Shown here: positions 27,435 to 39,710 of the stretch, piece after piece
Numbering within the stretch: position 1 is the stretch's first letter
Layout: every line of letters starts with the position of its first letter
Assembly (NCBI GenBank): GCA_040954595.2
Contig: CM082589.2
Location: forward strand, 2,473,498 to 2,537,497
Direction: 5' to 3'
Length of the DNA: 64,000 nucleotides
Source: Balanoglossus misakiensis
Taxonomy: Eukaryota; Animalia; Hemichordata
Made by a program: the position numbers and the translations under genes
Notes under the pieces: model-generated
Seen by the model: the letters and a program-made list of their open reading frames with translations, nothing else
What the model was told of the DNA's origin: nothing
Database searches by the model: none

Positions 27435-29431
27435 ATGTCTGTCTACGCGATCTTCCACAGAAAGAGGAAAGTTTATCTGAGCGCTTGCTGCCTTCTGCTA
27501 GTCTATACACTACTGTGCAACGTTGCCTGGTACTACGCTATGTCCGGCGTGTGGAACAGCGAGGAGATGAAAAGACTTGTACTGCGGGAGTTTCGACGTA
27601 CCAGGGGAGTGTTGTACACCTCGTCTATAGAGGAAAACCCACCGGAATATTTCTTGCAGCAAGGGGTTTCGGGGACTGCTAGTATGACAGTTCAAGAACC
27701 GGCGGACGGTAAAAAGACCAGGTATCTTGTGCCGATCTTGTTAGGAAATCAGGGACCAAATAATCAGCTCCAAAGTCTGAAATTTACAGCAGTCATTGCT
27801 TCGTACAGAGACAGGACGCTTGTTCGGAGCCCATTTTTCGACCACTTCACGAACGATTTCTACAACAGCAGAAATTTCAATGAAACGCTGGATGTGAGGT
27901 TATTCAACAAGCTTCTGCCTTCTGCCAGCATGGAAGACTTTTGGAGAGAGTGTGGAGGGAGGATCGATGCAGTTTTCAACGGCGCAAATTGGAGTAATGG
28001 TGTGTCGGAAAGGGAGTACCAACATACGGTAAAATACGCAAATGATAAAATGAAAGACTGGTCGCGTCTGACCGGAATAGAGGTTCCTGATATGATCAGG
28101 GAACCCGAAAGGATAATCAATTTGCCCGACGACATCCCAGACGGTTACAATCCTCTGAGAAAAGTGATAGACTCCACCGAAGTTTTTACCTCAGACCTCC
28201 ATTGCGTCGGGTTTGTCTACCCCTACGGGATGCTGGGAAGGTTTTATTACCATGACTACGTGCCGGTGTTGTCGGGCTACGTCACCCGCCCGCCGGAAAT
28301 TAGACGAATGGCCGGTCGGGTGATACGAAATCTGCTCGATAGAAGGAGATATTTAGGTTTCCACTGGCGGTACAATGATGAGTGGAAAAAGCAATGGTGA
28401 GTTCAGGGGTCACTGATTAAAAGGTGACATTGCCATATTAAGTTATTCTAATACCGGAAGGCATGTTTTGACGTCATAGCTTCGATAACACTGCAACCAC
28501 CTGTTGCATTGCAAGCCCTAATATTCCAATAGCATTATTGAAAGTATTGAAATACGATTTTTTTCACCTGACGTTTCCAATCACGACAAAAGCCTGAAAT
28601 GCTTCTGTTATCTGGGCCCTCACTTTATCTTACAGAAACACAATTATCTCTTTTCGTGTGGTATTTTAAATCGATTGAACCCTTGTTTATTTTAGGTGTT
28701 TTCGGAACAGGCCGAGTGAGATCAAGAAATGTCGGCTGCTGAACGCCACGCAGGCAGATGTTATCGTGGATGCCATTCAAAACATAATGGACGAGGGTGA
28801 ACTTGAAGTTGTCTATCTCGCGACACCATTGGATGCAAATGTAAGTGATCATGAAAAGACGAGTTTGTATCATAAACATTTCTGTTTCACTAGACTTCAT
28901 TTAATTAACCCCATAATTAGTTAAACCTCCTAGGAATATACAAACATGGCCGCCATTATTGTGTCACCAACACCATCAATTTTACTATTGTTTAAACGCG
29001 TTTTGCCTTTTTTTCTCGTTCCAGGACAAACTACTGATAGACATCATGAAAAAACTACCAAACGTGTACACACGGGAAGATATTTTCGATATGCCCGTGT
29101 CAGATATCAGAGCACTGGAACACGACAACTACAAACTATCCCTACTCGAGCAGGAGTTATGCGCAAGTAAGCAACTTTTGGGATTTATAGCTACAATTCT
29201 GGGAACAATTACACGCCCTCCGTGTTAATTTGTCTGTCTGGTCAGTTTTCGTTGAGAGGATTATTACATGTCACCTATCAAATGATTATTTCGCTTTCTT
29301 TCTTTTTAAAATCAATTTTAGGATCTACAGTCTTTCTGGGAAGCAAAATGTCATCGTGGTCGACAATCGTAGACGAAGATAGAAATCACCGCGAAGTTAT
29401 GTACGTTCCAGATGTTCTTCTACGGAAGTAA
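27435..29431 (+). CDS. O-fucosyltransferase-family glycosyltransferase, paralog 2
   Basis: Exons 27435-28396, 28696-28840, 29025-29166, 29322-29431; TM YLSACCLLLVYTLLCNVAWYYA; GNQGPNNQ, GFHWR, LLEQELCARSTVFLGSKMSSWSTIV; same intron positions as paralog 1. Confidence 0.8.
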
Positions 29432-29831
29432 CCGCCAGAGGGCGGTATGAAACACACCCAAGCCGAGCCAGCCATCCACCCATGATCAATCTATCAATCA
29501 ATCAACCAATCGATTGATTAATCAAGATGACCATTATTTACAGTAGCACATTCAACGGGTCTCACAAATACTTGGCGAGGCTCAACCTTAATCTGGAATA
29601 TCCACCATCAGTCAATGAGCCACTGCTTGCCACTTCTTGTATTCGCTACAGTTACAGTACTCTTTGTCATAATACTGTACTAAATCGAGAATTTCAAGAT
29701 TACATAATATTTCGCAGCTGCAGCGAGGACGCCTCTATGACAAATGCGCCAACAGTTAACCTCGCACACCCAATGTACATAGTTCAAATACAAGAGCAAT
29801 AAAGTTTACAATATTTTTGTAAAAAATATGG

Positions 29832-31795
29832 TCAGTATTTTACTTTCTTATTACTTTCACCCTTGAAAATGTCAGGAATCATTGCACTGCGTTTGAGTTC
29901 TCTGTCCTCCAACACGATGTCCGTCCACGAAGACAGGGAACTGCCGAGGAAAACAGTCGATCCTGAAATGCATCCAATGAAAATATTGCTTGTGGTCACG
30001 TGCTACTTGTGGAGATGATGATAGCAATGAAGAAGACCACAGGCATGCGCAGTCGGATCAAAGGGGATGACAGATGAAAGCCTGAACAAACAAGCTAACA
30101 AAAACAAAAATGTACGTCTGGATAAGAAAAATAATAACGTGGCTTACTTTTGCACAATTCTTGTTCCAGCATTGATATTCTGTAATTATCGTTCTTGAAG
30201 TCTTCTATCCCGTGAAGATTACTGCGAAGTATGTCTGCGGATGTGTAGACATTTGGAAGTTCTCTGCGAAGGTCAAGTACAAGATTGTCCTGTAAAATAA
30301 GAAGATGCAAACTGTTATGTCGCAATCTTTCTTAAAGGGGGAACGTGCAGTGGCCAGGGTATTTATATAAGGGCAAACAATATACCCTTTAAGGAACCGA
30401 TGAACTCTACGCCCCTTTGCTAATTTGTTACTTACCCCAGGGGGTAGGGGAGTGGCAAGATACACGCCCGTCAGTGCGTTCATCGTCATGAGGTTTTGCA
30501 CAGCACTGATGACGATGTCACTTCCTGTTGAGTTGAGGCCACGGCAGGATTTCCGGTAGTGTTCAGATTCCATGAAACACCTGCACGGAAATGAAAGAGA
30601 GGCACGCATATTTTATGGTAAATTTGCATGTTAGAAGATTATTAAGTGTATAGAAGCTCATCATTTGACCATGGCAAAGTGTAGACACTGGTCTTACAGC
30701 TATAGCTGAGCTTATGAACACTAAGGGTACACATGTAGCTTACCATTGAGTTTTCCATTCATTGTTATATCTCCAGTGAAATCCAAGGAAACGGTCTTTC
30801 CGGAAGGTCTTTTGAATGAATCGTTCAGCAAAGTCCCGTATGTACCGAGGCCTCAGCACCGATTTTGCAAGGACGGGTACATAGTCGTAATAATAAAATC
30901 TGCCAAGCAATCCGTATGGGTATGCCAGGCCCACACACTTCAGGCTGGATTGGAAGAGACCCGTCATGTTGGTGACTTTTCTGAACGCGTTGTAACCGTT
31001 AGGGATGTTATCTGGAAGGTGAACGATCTTTTCTGGCTCCTCCGTCATGTCTGGAACGAGGATGCCGGTGGCGCTGGCGAAGCCTTTCAGCATGCTGTTC
31101 ACGTAGGCCAGGGTGTCGTCGTAGTACCTTCTGCCGATGTTGTTCGTCATGTTCACGCCGTGGAACAGGACGTCCACCCGGCCGTTGCACTCTCGCGAGA
31201 ATTCCTCCATCGTTGCAACCGGCAAGAGTTTCTCGAAGACGTCGACGTCAATCGTCTCGTTGCAGGGGCGGAGGTCGCGAACATCGACAGTGAAGTGGTT
31301 GAAAAACGGAGTGAGCACCAGCGAGCGGCTGCGATGCGCAGATATGACCGCGGTCATTTTGAAACTTTGCAGTTGGTTATTAGGTCCCTGGTTGCCGAGC
31401 AGAATCGGAAGGAGATACGTTTTCTCTTGTCGTTGATGTAGCTTCGACAATCGCAGTTTTCTCTCTCGATCTATATCTGGTTTCTTCTCTGCGGCAAAAT
31501 TAACATCTGGAGAACGGCGGTTCATTACCTTTTGTCTTTCCTTCGACGCTCCGAATTTCTTCCGATTTCTTGCATCACCAATGTCCGGTCCAGACAACTT
31601 TAGTCTCTCAGCCCTGCGGTTACTCACTCTACCAATAACATTTGTCCCATACACTAATTCGTCCGACGGTGCGGGTCTCTCGGAAACACCAAGGATATTC
31701 CATAATAAAATGATTGTTAAAATGAGAAATGTTGTGTGAACGTACAATCTACGAATTCTTGGCGGAAATTCAACAACTCCACCAGCGGAGAGCAT
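29832..31795 (-). CDS. O-fucosyltransferase-family glycosyltransferase, paralog 3
   Basis: Exons 31795-30744, 30580-30436, 30289-30148, 29962-29832; TM HTTFLILTIILLWNILGV; GNQGPNNQ, GFHWR, MLEQELCKRSTVFLGSSLSSWTDIVLEDR; same intron positions. Confidence 0.8.
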
Positions 31796-32345
31796 GGTTT
31801 CAGCATTCTAAAAGATGGCCGATTCTTTTTTTTGAAATGGTCCGGTTTTTCACACCCTTATCAACACCTGTGTGTAATTATCCTTTATTCGTGTAAGAAC
31901 GGTAATTGGACAAATCATGCATGAAAGCGTGACCATTGACACCGATAATGACAATGCCGTATTGGCCAAAATTATTGCCGTGTTGTTCACCACGTGCACG
32001 ATGATGTAATCCCACGTAACTGCATGCACGACTGACGAATCACTCTCAACACAGCTTTAGGCGATAATTGATATTCTTCGAATATTTTTAGACAAACACA
32101 CACACGCGTACACAATAGATGTTCATTACAAACGTTAATTTTATTAACAGCTGCCCGTGGACAATAGTGATACAGCTGGTGTCACTGGTGACCATCATAC
32201 ACAGGCTTGCTCGACTTCACGCCATGAAGTCAACCTGAGCAATGGGAGGCGACATTATGAAAAGTGTCTCTCACCAGAAAACGGTCAGGCAGATAAATAT
32301 TATTGTCTAAATCTATGGTCCGTCTTAGGTCTAACTTAGGTTACG

Positions 32346-33485
32346 TCATAAAGCATCATTATCTCGTTTCGGAAAAGGAACCACAAAACTTTTACTTGTG
32401 TTTCGTAACTGATTCTCATCTTCTACCACAGTGTAACCAAATCTTTCTAGGAGACTCTCGGAACAAATCTCCTGTACCTCGCGGATTTGGTCAAAAGTTA
32501 ATTTTGTCCTCCACGCCTGACCGTTTCCTCGCTTTTTACCCGGCGATAGCATGTTCTCTCGGATGACCGGGTGGAGTGGCAGACCTACGAACTCGTACAG
32601 TTTGGGAACTGTTTCTGTCGGATTGTCGGCGATGTCCTCGTACCGCACGAGAAAGTAGTTCTCTCTGAACCACCTGTCAGAGTTCATGGCGCTTAAATAG
32701 TTAGTGTCCAGCCAAATGCAGTAATCTTTCACTATGTCTCTCAAAACGTTATTAAGTTGTCGATATTGTCCATTCCCACCATCTTTTCTCGTCTTTTGAA
32801 AATAAGATCTTGACGAGATCATGCCCCGAGGGTCTCGAACGAGGTGCACGATTTTAACATTGTCGGCTCTCAGGACTGGTGACCCTAAAATCACATTATT
32901 CAGACGAATGATCTTGGTCACTACGTGACGTTTAGAGCGGCAGATCGACGTCACTTCCGCTTCTCCGATGGGCTGCTCCAAGTGAGTAAGATTTGCGAAG
33001 CCGCGCATGAATTTGTGGCGGTTCAAGCTCTGAAAGTAGTACGGCCGGGCGGTGAAGTTGCAATGAAAGAACGCGTGCATGAAATCAATGAGTTCGGGCC
33101 GAATGCCTTCCAGGTAATCGAAGTTGTCCTTGTACAGGTTTCCGCCCTCGTAGTCCACCAGCGCGTGGCCTGGCTCGTACACGTAGAAAAAGTCCGGATG
33201 ACGGGCGAAGTAGCTGGCGGTCAAAGTGGAACCCGTCCGCATCCGGGCATGCACTAGCACATGAACGTTCGACGGTGTTTCTTCAAGTTCACTCTGCACC
33301 CGTCGCCTACCAGCGTCCAATGTCGGACTGACAGTCGACGGAAAAAACCTGGACGAACCAGTTCTCCTGTCGAAATCTCTAGCCGAGTTATCACGCCAAC
33401 TTTTCATCAGAAATGAATGGATAATAACCGTGGCAGCGCAAACTGAGACGTAGAGTATCACTGTAGCTTGTCTTGGCTTCCCCAT
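32346..33485 (-). CDS. Carbohydrate sulfotransferase (CHST1/Gal-GlcNAc-6-O-ST-like), copy 1, single coding exon
   Basis: Likely start MGKPRQATVILYVSV (TM); 5'-PSB motif ARMRTGST, FYVYEPG, 3'-PB KIVHLVRDPRG, YFLVRYEDIA. Confidence 0.88.
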   Translation of the reverse strand: MGKPRQATVILYVSVCAATVIIHSFLMKSWRDNSARDFDRRTGSSRFFPSTVSPTLDAGRRRVQSELEETPSNVHVLVHARMRTGSTLTASYFARHPDFFYVYEPGHALVDYEGGNLYKDNFDYLEGIRPELIDFMHAFFHCNFTARPYYFQSLNRHKFMRGFANLTHLEQPIGEAEVTSICRSKRHVVTKIIRLNNVILGSPVLRADNVKIVHLVRDPRGMISSRSYFQKTRKDGGNGQYRQLNNVLRDIVKDYCIWLDTNYLSAMNSDRWFRENYFLVRYEDIADNPTETVPKLYEFVGLPLHPVIRENMLSPGKKRGNGQAWRTKLTFDQIREVQEICSESLLERFGYTVVEDENQLRNTSKSFVVPFPKRDNDAL

Positions 33486-34883
33486 TTTCAAGGATGAACT
33501 TAACCATTCCAGAGCATCACATATTAACGACGCCGAGGAGATAAAATCGAATTCTTTATGAGAGTCAAATGAACCCTTAACTACGTAAAAAATCGCTCTA
33601 CGTAAAACTAACCACAAACATAAGGAGTTCGGTATTTTTTATTCTCTTAATTTAGCTCATTAGAATACACACCTCTTCCATGTTATTGTGACATCATTAA
33701 AAACTTTTAAATATCTTATTTTTTATTACCACGATACACGATATAAATCTTACACGGCAACGGCATCGCATCACCCAACATGAAAATATCACCGTCTACT
33801 TTGATAATTATAATAGTCATTCATAACATATTTATTTACAGGAGGTTTGTAACGTTTGCAAGCGGACCAAATGTACATTTTGTAGCTTTGTGAATAAGTC
33901 CACAAACAATACCAGTACCTAAACCAATATTTCAACCAAATACTCTGTTCATTTTACCGTTGAATACAACGACAGCAGCTGTGCAAAGTTTCGATTGTTG
34001 AAGCAGATGAAATATTCGAGTTCTTCTGGAATGTAATTTGTCTCCTGCACACTTTTATTACATGTCGATTGTTACATTAATGCCACATACGAGAAAAAAC
34101 TACACAACTGAAATGCCATCAACAAATGTTACCGAGTTGAATATAAAAAGCTCCACTGACACACCAGCTTTGAATTTCTATTTCGCCTGTCAGATTTGTT
34201 ATGATCACAGTAATATCAGTCACATGAGTTGTTCGGTGGAAGAATCCGGACCAAAGAAAAGAAATACTCTATGTAAATCATTTGGTCTACAGCTGGTCCT
34301 AGCATAAATGAACTGCGTGAAAATCAATACACATTGAATAAATACAAAACAATTACCAAAAACGTGTGACCGTGTGTCGTTATAATTATGCCCTTTGCTT
34401 CCCATTGCAAATAGAGACAGACAGACAGAGATAGACACTGAGAGGTGTATCCAGTCCAGCGCCACCCCCTCTAGTGATAAATGAACGATTGACAACGCCC
34501 CAAACTGCCACACCCAAGTGACCACCGTCATTTTAATGCAGTGTCCACTTAAATTGGCGATTTTTGCTGAAATTCACGCCACACATGCACATATTTGAAT
34601 AGGTATGACCCACACGGACATCCATTATGGTAATACGCCTATGTGAAAAACGTGACTGACCATACCATGAAAAATATCTAGCCAGTGTTCTTGGCACGTT
34701 TATAAGACAGTACATGTTTCGAGTAGAGAGCTCAATAGCACAGCTGATGTGTTAAAATTTACATCGCAGACTACGCCATTCGTTTGACAGGGTTTGATTC
34801 TTTGACTGACCTGCACCCTTTGCAATTTGTGTGTCCTGAACGCAACGTCGGCACTCACTGAGTAACAACCTTTGACCCCTAGA

Positions 34884-35978
34884 CTACGTGGCAGGGGCGT
34901 CCGGCTGTGGCAGAACAAGACTCAGAGAATCGTTCCGCAGCTGCTCTTCATTCCGTACCATGACGTAACCAAACATTTTGAAAACTCGTTCAGGGCAAAT
35001 TTCTTGGATTCGGTTGACTTCTTTAAAACTCAGCTTGCTTCTCCAGGCCTGTCCGTTCCCAAGTTTCCCCGGTGACCGAATCATCTTCTCAATTTTGGGA
35101 TGAAGGGGGAGCCGAAGAAATCTGTACATTTGGGGGACGATTTCGCCTGGCCTGTCGGACAGATCCTCGTACCTGACTAGCATATAGTTTCTCTTGAACC
35201 AGTTTTCCACGTTCTGTGCGGCTAAATAGTTTGTGTCCATCCACGTGCAGTCATCTCTGATCACCTCTTCGAGTTTGTCGGGCAATCGGAAATTTCCGTT
35301 CCCCGTCGAGTCTTTCGGCATCGCTTCAAACGCACGCCTTGAGTTGGCCATGCCACGTGGATCTCGGACAAGGTGTATCACCTTCACGTTGTCCCTTCGG
35401 AGAACAGGCGAAGCAAATATTATATTGTTGAGTCGAATTATCTTGGTAACGACGTGTCGTTTCGACCTACAGATCGAAGTGACGTCAGCTTCGCGGATCG
35501 GGAGACTCAAGTGCGTGATATTCGAAAAATACCTCTGGAAAAAGTTTTTGTTGATACTTTTGAAGAAGTAGTCACGGGCTGTGAAGTTACAGTGCAAGAA
35601 CGAGTGCATAAAATCGACAAGTTCGCCCCGTATGGGTTCCAGGTAGTCGAAGCTGTCCCGGTATAAGTTCATGCCATTGTACTCGACGATCATGTGACCT
35701 GGCTCGTAGACGTAGAAGAAGTCTGGGTGGTTGGCGAAGTAGCTGCCGGTTAGGGTTGAACCGGTGCGCATCCTGGCGTGCACAAGCACGTGCAGTCGAC
35801 CGTCAGCGCTTTCCTTCAATTTTCCCACGCTGTCTTCATCCTCGAATAATCTCGCGCCGTGATGCTTCATCCTTGAGATTCTCTCACCGTCATCCAAGTC
35901 GATCCAGCGAAGGAAGCCCAGCAGCGCCACGACCAGGACAACCACCCCTTTCCATCGTCGACGTAACCAAGGCAACAT
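34884..35978 (-). CDS. Carbohydrate sulfotransferase (CHST-like), copy 2
   Basis: Likely start MLPWLRRRWKGVVVLVVALLGFL; ARMRTGST, YVYEPG, KVIHLVRDPRG, YMLVRYEDL. Confidence 0.88.
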   Translation of the reverse strand: MLPWLRRRWKGVVVLVVALLGFLRWIDLDDGERISRMKHHGARLFEDEDSVGKLKESADGRLHVLVHARMRTGSTLTGSYFANHPDFFYVYEPGHMIVEYNGMNLYRDSFDYLEPIRGELVDFMHSFLHCNFTARDYFFKSINKNFFQRYFSNITHLSLPIREADVTSICRSKRHVVTKIIRLNNIIFASPVLRRDNVKVIHLVRDPRGMANSRRAFEAMPKDSTGNGNFRLPDKLEEVIRDDCTWMDTNYLAAQNVENWFKRNYMLVRYEDLSDRPGEIVPQMYRFLRLPLHPKIEKMIRSPGKLGNGQAWRSKLSFKEVNRIQEICPERVFKMFGYVMVRNEEQLRNDSLSLVLPQPDAPAT

Positions 35979-36315
35979 TTTATCGCTCAGACACAAAAAG
36001 TTCAGCAAATGCAAAAAGTTTCCAGCGAGTTTAATATCCGTTGTCAACTGCAAAGCTCGGTAACTACTAGTAACAGGCTACACGTGCTTACGTGTCACAT
36101 TCTCTGAAGTGTCAGTGTGTACGTAACGCACGTTTTACTCCCCAGGCAAGTGTAAACAAACATGCAAGATTAAAACACGGTTCGGCTAAGGCGTCGATTA
36201 TAATTTACTCATCATAGGATACCTGTCACATAAGCACAGCTGTGTACCTATTAATAGTTGTGTCCACTCATATATCATCTCTAAAATTTAATTTGCATTT
36301 GTATGAAATTCGTCA

Positions 36316-37482
36316 TTACCATGATGTCGTGTCAAATGTAATTTTGCTGCTCTCCGGAAAGTTAGTGAAGGTGCTGAAATCTTTGTCGGTCAACTGTGAT
36401 CCTTTGGTGATCAAACGATACCCAAACATCCGATACACCCTCTCCGGACACACATCTTGTGCCCTCTTCGCGATTTCCGCTCCTGTTTTGTACCGCCACG
36501 ACTCTGGGCCGTCGTTTTTCTTCTTGGTCATCTCTCGGATTTTCTGCTTCACAATATCCTGCATGGGCAACCCCGCGAATTCGTAGAGCTCTTCCACAAC
36601 TCTGTTGGGATTCGCCACCAGATCCTCGAAGCGCACGAGGCGGTAGTTTCTTTTCAGCCACTCCGGTCCGTGCTTCACCGTGAGGTAGTTCGTCTCCAGC
36701 CAGATGCAGTAGTTCCTCACGATTTCGTCGATCTTTGCCAGAACTGTCTCCCGATCGTCGTTCTTCTTGCGCTTCCCGTAGATCTGGAGGCGCGTGCGTG
36801 ACGACGCCATCCCGCGGGGATCTCGGACCATCTGAATGATTTTGACGTTGTGCTCTTTCAAAACCGGCGCCGCCATTATTAAGTTATTAAGCCTTACGCT
36901 CTTGATCAGCTTGTGTTTGCGATACTTGCACACGTTTGTAATTCCACGGTCGTTGACTGTCGTCAAAAACTCAGTTCGAGTGAGTTGGCGCATCCATGAT
37001 ACCTCGTTCATGCTCTTGATGAAATAATCTCTTCCGGTGAAATTACACGAGTATATACCATCAATGAATTCCGTCAGTTCCTCCCTCATGTCTTCCAGAA
37101 ACATCCAAGAATCGTCCCAAATGTCCCGCCGGAATCTGTTCAGAATGAACCCTGGCTCGTAAACGTAGAACACATCGGGATTTACATTGAAAGTGTCGGC
37201 CATCAAACTCGAGCCAGTACGCATGCGTGCGAAAACCATAATATTCACGTTTCTCGACGTACTATCATTGCCTTCACTTTGATATTCGAAGTCGTTTAGA
37301 CCATCCTTGATTCTGATGACGTCACTAAAGACTGAGTCTTCGTCCACGCACAACTCGCCCGTGTTTCGAGTAATCCACTTCAGAAAACCAATATTTAAGA
37401 CGAACACGATGGCCACCAATGAGAAAGTCGTCAGTAAGGAAGACATCCTTCGTGTCGGCCAAATCTCGCTGATGCGCCGCAT
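36316..37482 (-). CDS. Carbohydrate sulfotransferase (CHST-like), copy 3
   Basis: Likely start MRRISEIWPTRR followed by a TM segment; ARMRTGSS, YVYEPG, KIIQMVRDPRG, YRLVRFEDL. Confidence 0.88.
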   Translation of the reverse strand: MRRISEIWPTRRMSSLLTTFSLVAIVFVLNIGFLKWITRNTGELCVDEDSVFSDVIRIKDGLNDFEYQSEGNDSTSRNVNIMVFARMRTGSSLMADTFNVNPDVFYVYEPGFILNRFRRDIWDDSWMFLEDMREELTEFIDGIYSCNFTGRDYFIKSMNEVSWMRQLTRTEFLTTVNDRGITNVCKYRKHKLIKSVRLNNLIMAAPVLKEHNVKIIQMVRDPRGMASSRTRLQIYGKRKKNDDRETVLAKIDEIVRNYCIWLETNYLTVKHGPEWLKRNYRLVRFEDLVANPNRVVEELYEFAGLPMQDIVKQKIREMTKKKNDGPESWRYKTGAEIAKRAQDVCPERVYRMFGYRLITKGSQLTDKDFSTFTNFPESSKITFDTTSW

Positions 37483-38588
37483 CACCGCTGATTTTTGACT
37501 GAGCATAAAGAAAAGAGAGAAGGATGCTGCCACGATATTTTAAATACATGAAAAAAGGAAATTTTTAGACCTTAGACCAAAATCAAAACGATGCCATAAA
37601 CTACATAAGGGTTAGTGTCTTACCTTGTAATCCCTGGAAATAGCAAATGAGGGTCTAAGTTCAAATCAATGTGATTTGTTTTTCAAATAGTGAGCGCCAT
37701 GAATGGCTGCAAACCTCCACGAATTCTGGCTCAGGGTATCAATAATTGTCGTCTATACATAGAGGGCGTGATGCAAACAGGTTTCCAGCAAAACCATTGC
37801 ACATGACCTCTTTCTAGATAGTTAAACTGCCATATTTCTTTGTTGCAAAGACCTGATAAAACACTGTCAAAGTACAGACCGGTATTCACGTCCCAAAAAT
37901 TAACAGCGGGTTAAAAACATTAACAGTTTAGATTTTCAGGGACGTTACTGGATCGCCCAATCAGACGTGCCGTCACTTGGGGGCAGAGGGCGCTTGCCAC
38001 GTCATGTCAGCAATTGTGTGCTGCGCAACAGTTGGTAGGGATTAAAGGATAAAGGTACAGATTTTTCGCAAAAACGCATGTCAGATTGTTTGATTATGTC
38101 GTTGGTAATACACTTCTGGTCAATAAGTACATGTATATTTTACTTGAGTACCAATCAAGCAGTCAGATTTGCACAGAAAAAAAGAAAAACATTTATTTCT
38201 ACATTTTCTGTCTCGTTCTGTATCTCTTTCTGTTGCCATTTCACTGTCGGTCTGTCTGTCTGTCTGTCTGTCTGTCACTCTGCTTCTGTTTCTCACACAT
38301 TTCCTCTGTCTGTCTCTTTCATATTTTAACCGACCGAAATAGCAGACGACAAAGCCCACACATTTGAAATGACCCTTCAGAACAAGCTGATACCAGCTTA
38401 ATGACCATGCGTAAGGCATACAATATAGCATGATATTTAAACAAATAGATTTGCACGTTACTGTATTGTTTGCGGGTAAATCTACATTTTCAGACTTCTA
38501 GATTTATAGATTGTTTAGCCTATCTAAAACGTGTTTCGATGTTTTTGTGTAAATCGCTGAGATATTTTGTGGCGGCGTCGACGAAGGC

Positions 38589-39710
38589 ATGAAGTTCTTC
38601 AAAAGAGTCATTGTGTTTGCCATCGTGGTGTCGACTGTGCTTGCTCTGATTTATGTCAACTCGGATTGGAACGGGCGCAACGACAGCGGCGAGAGATTCA
38701 TTCAAAGGGCAGGAGGTGTCACAGAGGCATGGACGAGTTCTGTCACTATTCGTTCGCCAGAGAACAAATCGTCTTCTGCTGACGCCATTCCGGATGACGC
38801 AGGACGGAAGATAAAAGTGCTCATCCACGCACGGATGAGGACAGGGTCCAGTGTGACGGCACGCTACCTCGCTAAGCACCCGGATTTTTTCTACGCTTAT
38901 GAGCCCGGCTGGATGCTGTCTCACAGGTTGCCAGGACTACGACCCGTCGACGATAGTTACACTTCTCTTGAGTATCTGAGACCGTATCTCATCTCACTGC
39001 TCCAGGGGATTTTTCGGTGCAATTTCGACAACCACGCGTATTTCGTCCAATATTTGAACACAATATCGTTCTTCCGGTCTTATACAGGGCTTCCACTCAG
39101 ACTGCCTATCAGCAAAGACAACATTACAGATTTCTGTCAATCAAAACCACACGTCCTGGTGAAGACAATTCGCCTGAACAACATTTTCTCTTTAGCGCGC
39201 ACGTTGCTAAGGGATGACGTCAAAGTAATCCATCTCGTTCGCGACCCCAGGGGAATGGCTCAATCGAGGGAACAGTTTCAGCGTCTTGATAAAGCCAAGT
39301 CGCTCACCGAAGACGCTGTGTTTCACCCCATTCTGGAGAACAACATTAAGGAAACGTGCATGTGGATGGAGATGAATCTCAATGTGGTGAAAAACGGTCC
39401 GGATTGGCTGAAGAAGAACTACTTTTTACTCCGCTACGAGGACATTGCAGACTACCCGTGGCGCTTTGTCCCAAAAATGTACGAATTTGTCGAGTTAAAC
39501 ATGCCTGACATTGTCAGCCAATCTATAGAAAAGGAAATACTTAAAAGACCAAACAATGGACAATCTTGGAGAAGGAAAATGACGTTTGACCAAGTGAAAA
39601 AAGTTCAGGAACTCTGTTCAGAACGCGTTTTCCAATTGTTTGGTTATCGACTGGTGACAAGTGAGGACCAGTTGCTTGGCAACGGGAGTTTGGTAATTGA
39701 CATGACATGA
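38589..39710 (+). CDS. Carbohydrate sulfotransferase (CHST-like), copy 4
   Basis: MKFFKRVIVFAIVVSTVLALIYV TM; ARMRTGSS, YAYEPG, KVIHLVRDPRG, YFLLRYEDIA; AATAAA at ~39825. Confidence 0.9.
   Translation: MKFFKRVIVFAIVVSTVLALIYVNSDWNGRNDSGERFIQRAGGVTEAWTSSVTIRSPENKSSSADAIPDDAGRKIKVLIHARMRTGSSVTARYLAKHPDFFYAYEPGWMLSHRLPGLRPVDDSYTSLEYLRPYLISLLQGIFRCNFDNHAYFVQYLNTISFFRSYTGLPLRLPISKDNITDFCQSKPHVLVKTIRLNNIFSLARTLLRDDVKVIHLVRDPRGMAQSREQFQRLDKAKSLTEDAVFHPILENNIKETCMWMEMNLNVVKNGPDWLKKNYFLLRYEDIADYPWRFVPKMYEFVELNMPDIVSQSIEKEILKRPNNGQSWRRKMTFDQVKKVQELCSERVFQLFGYRLVTSEDQLLGNGSLVIDMT

Noticed and set aside
30746-36801. Long antisense ORFs opposite the glycosyltransferase and sulfotransferase exons (e.g. 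30746-31441, 32925-33257)
   Set aside because: Shadow ORFs of GC-rich coding sequence with no recognisable motifs
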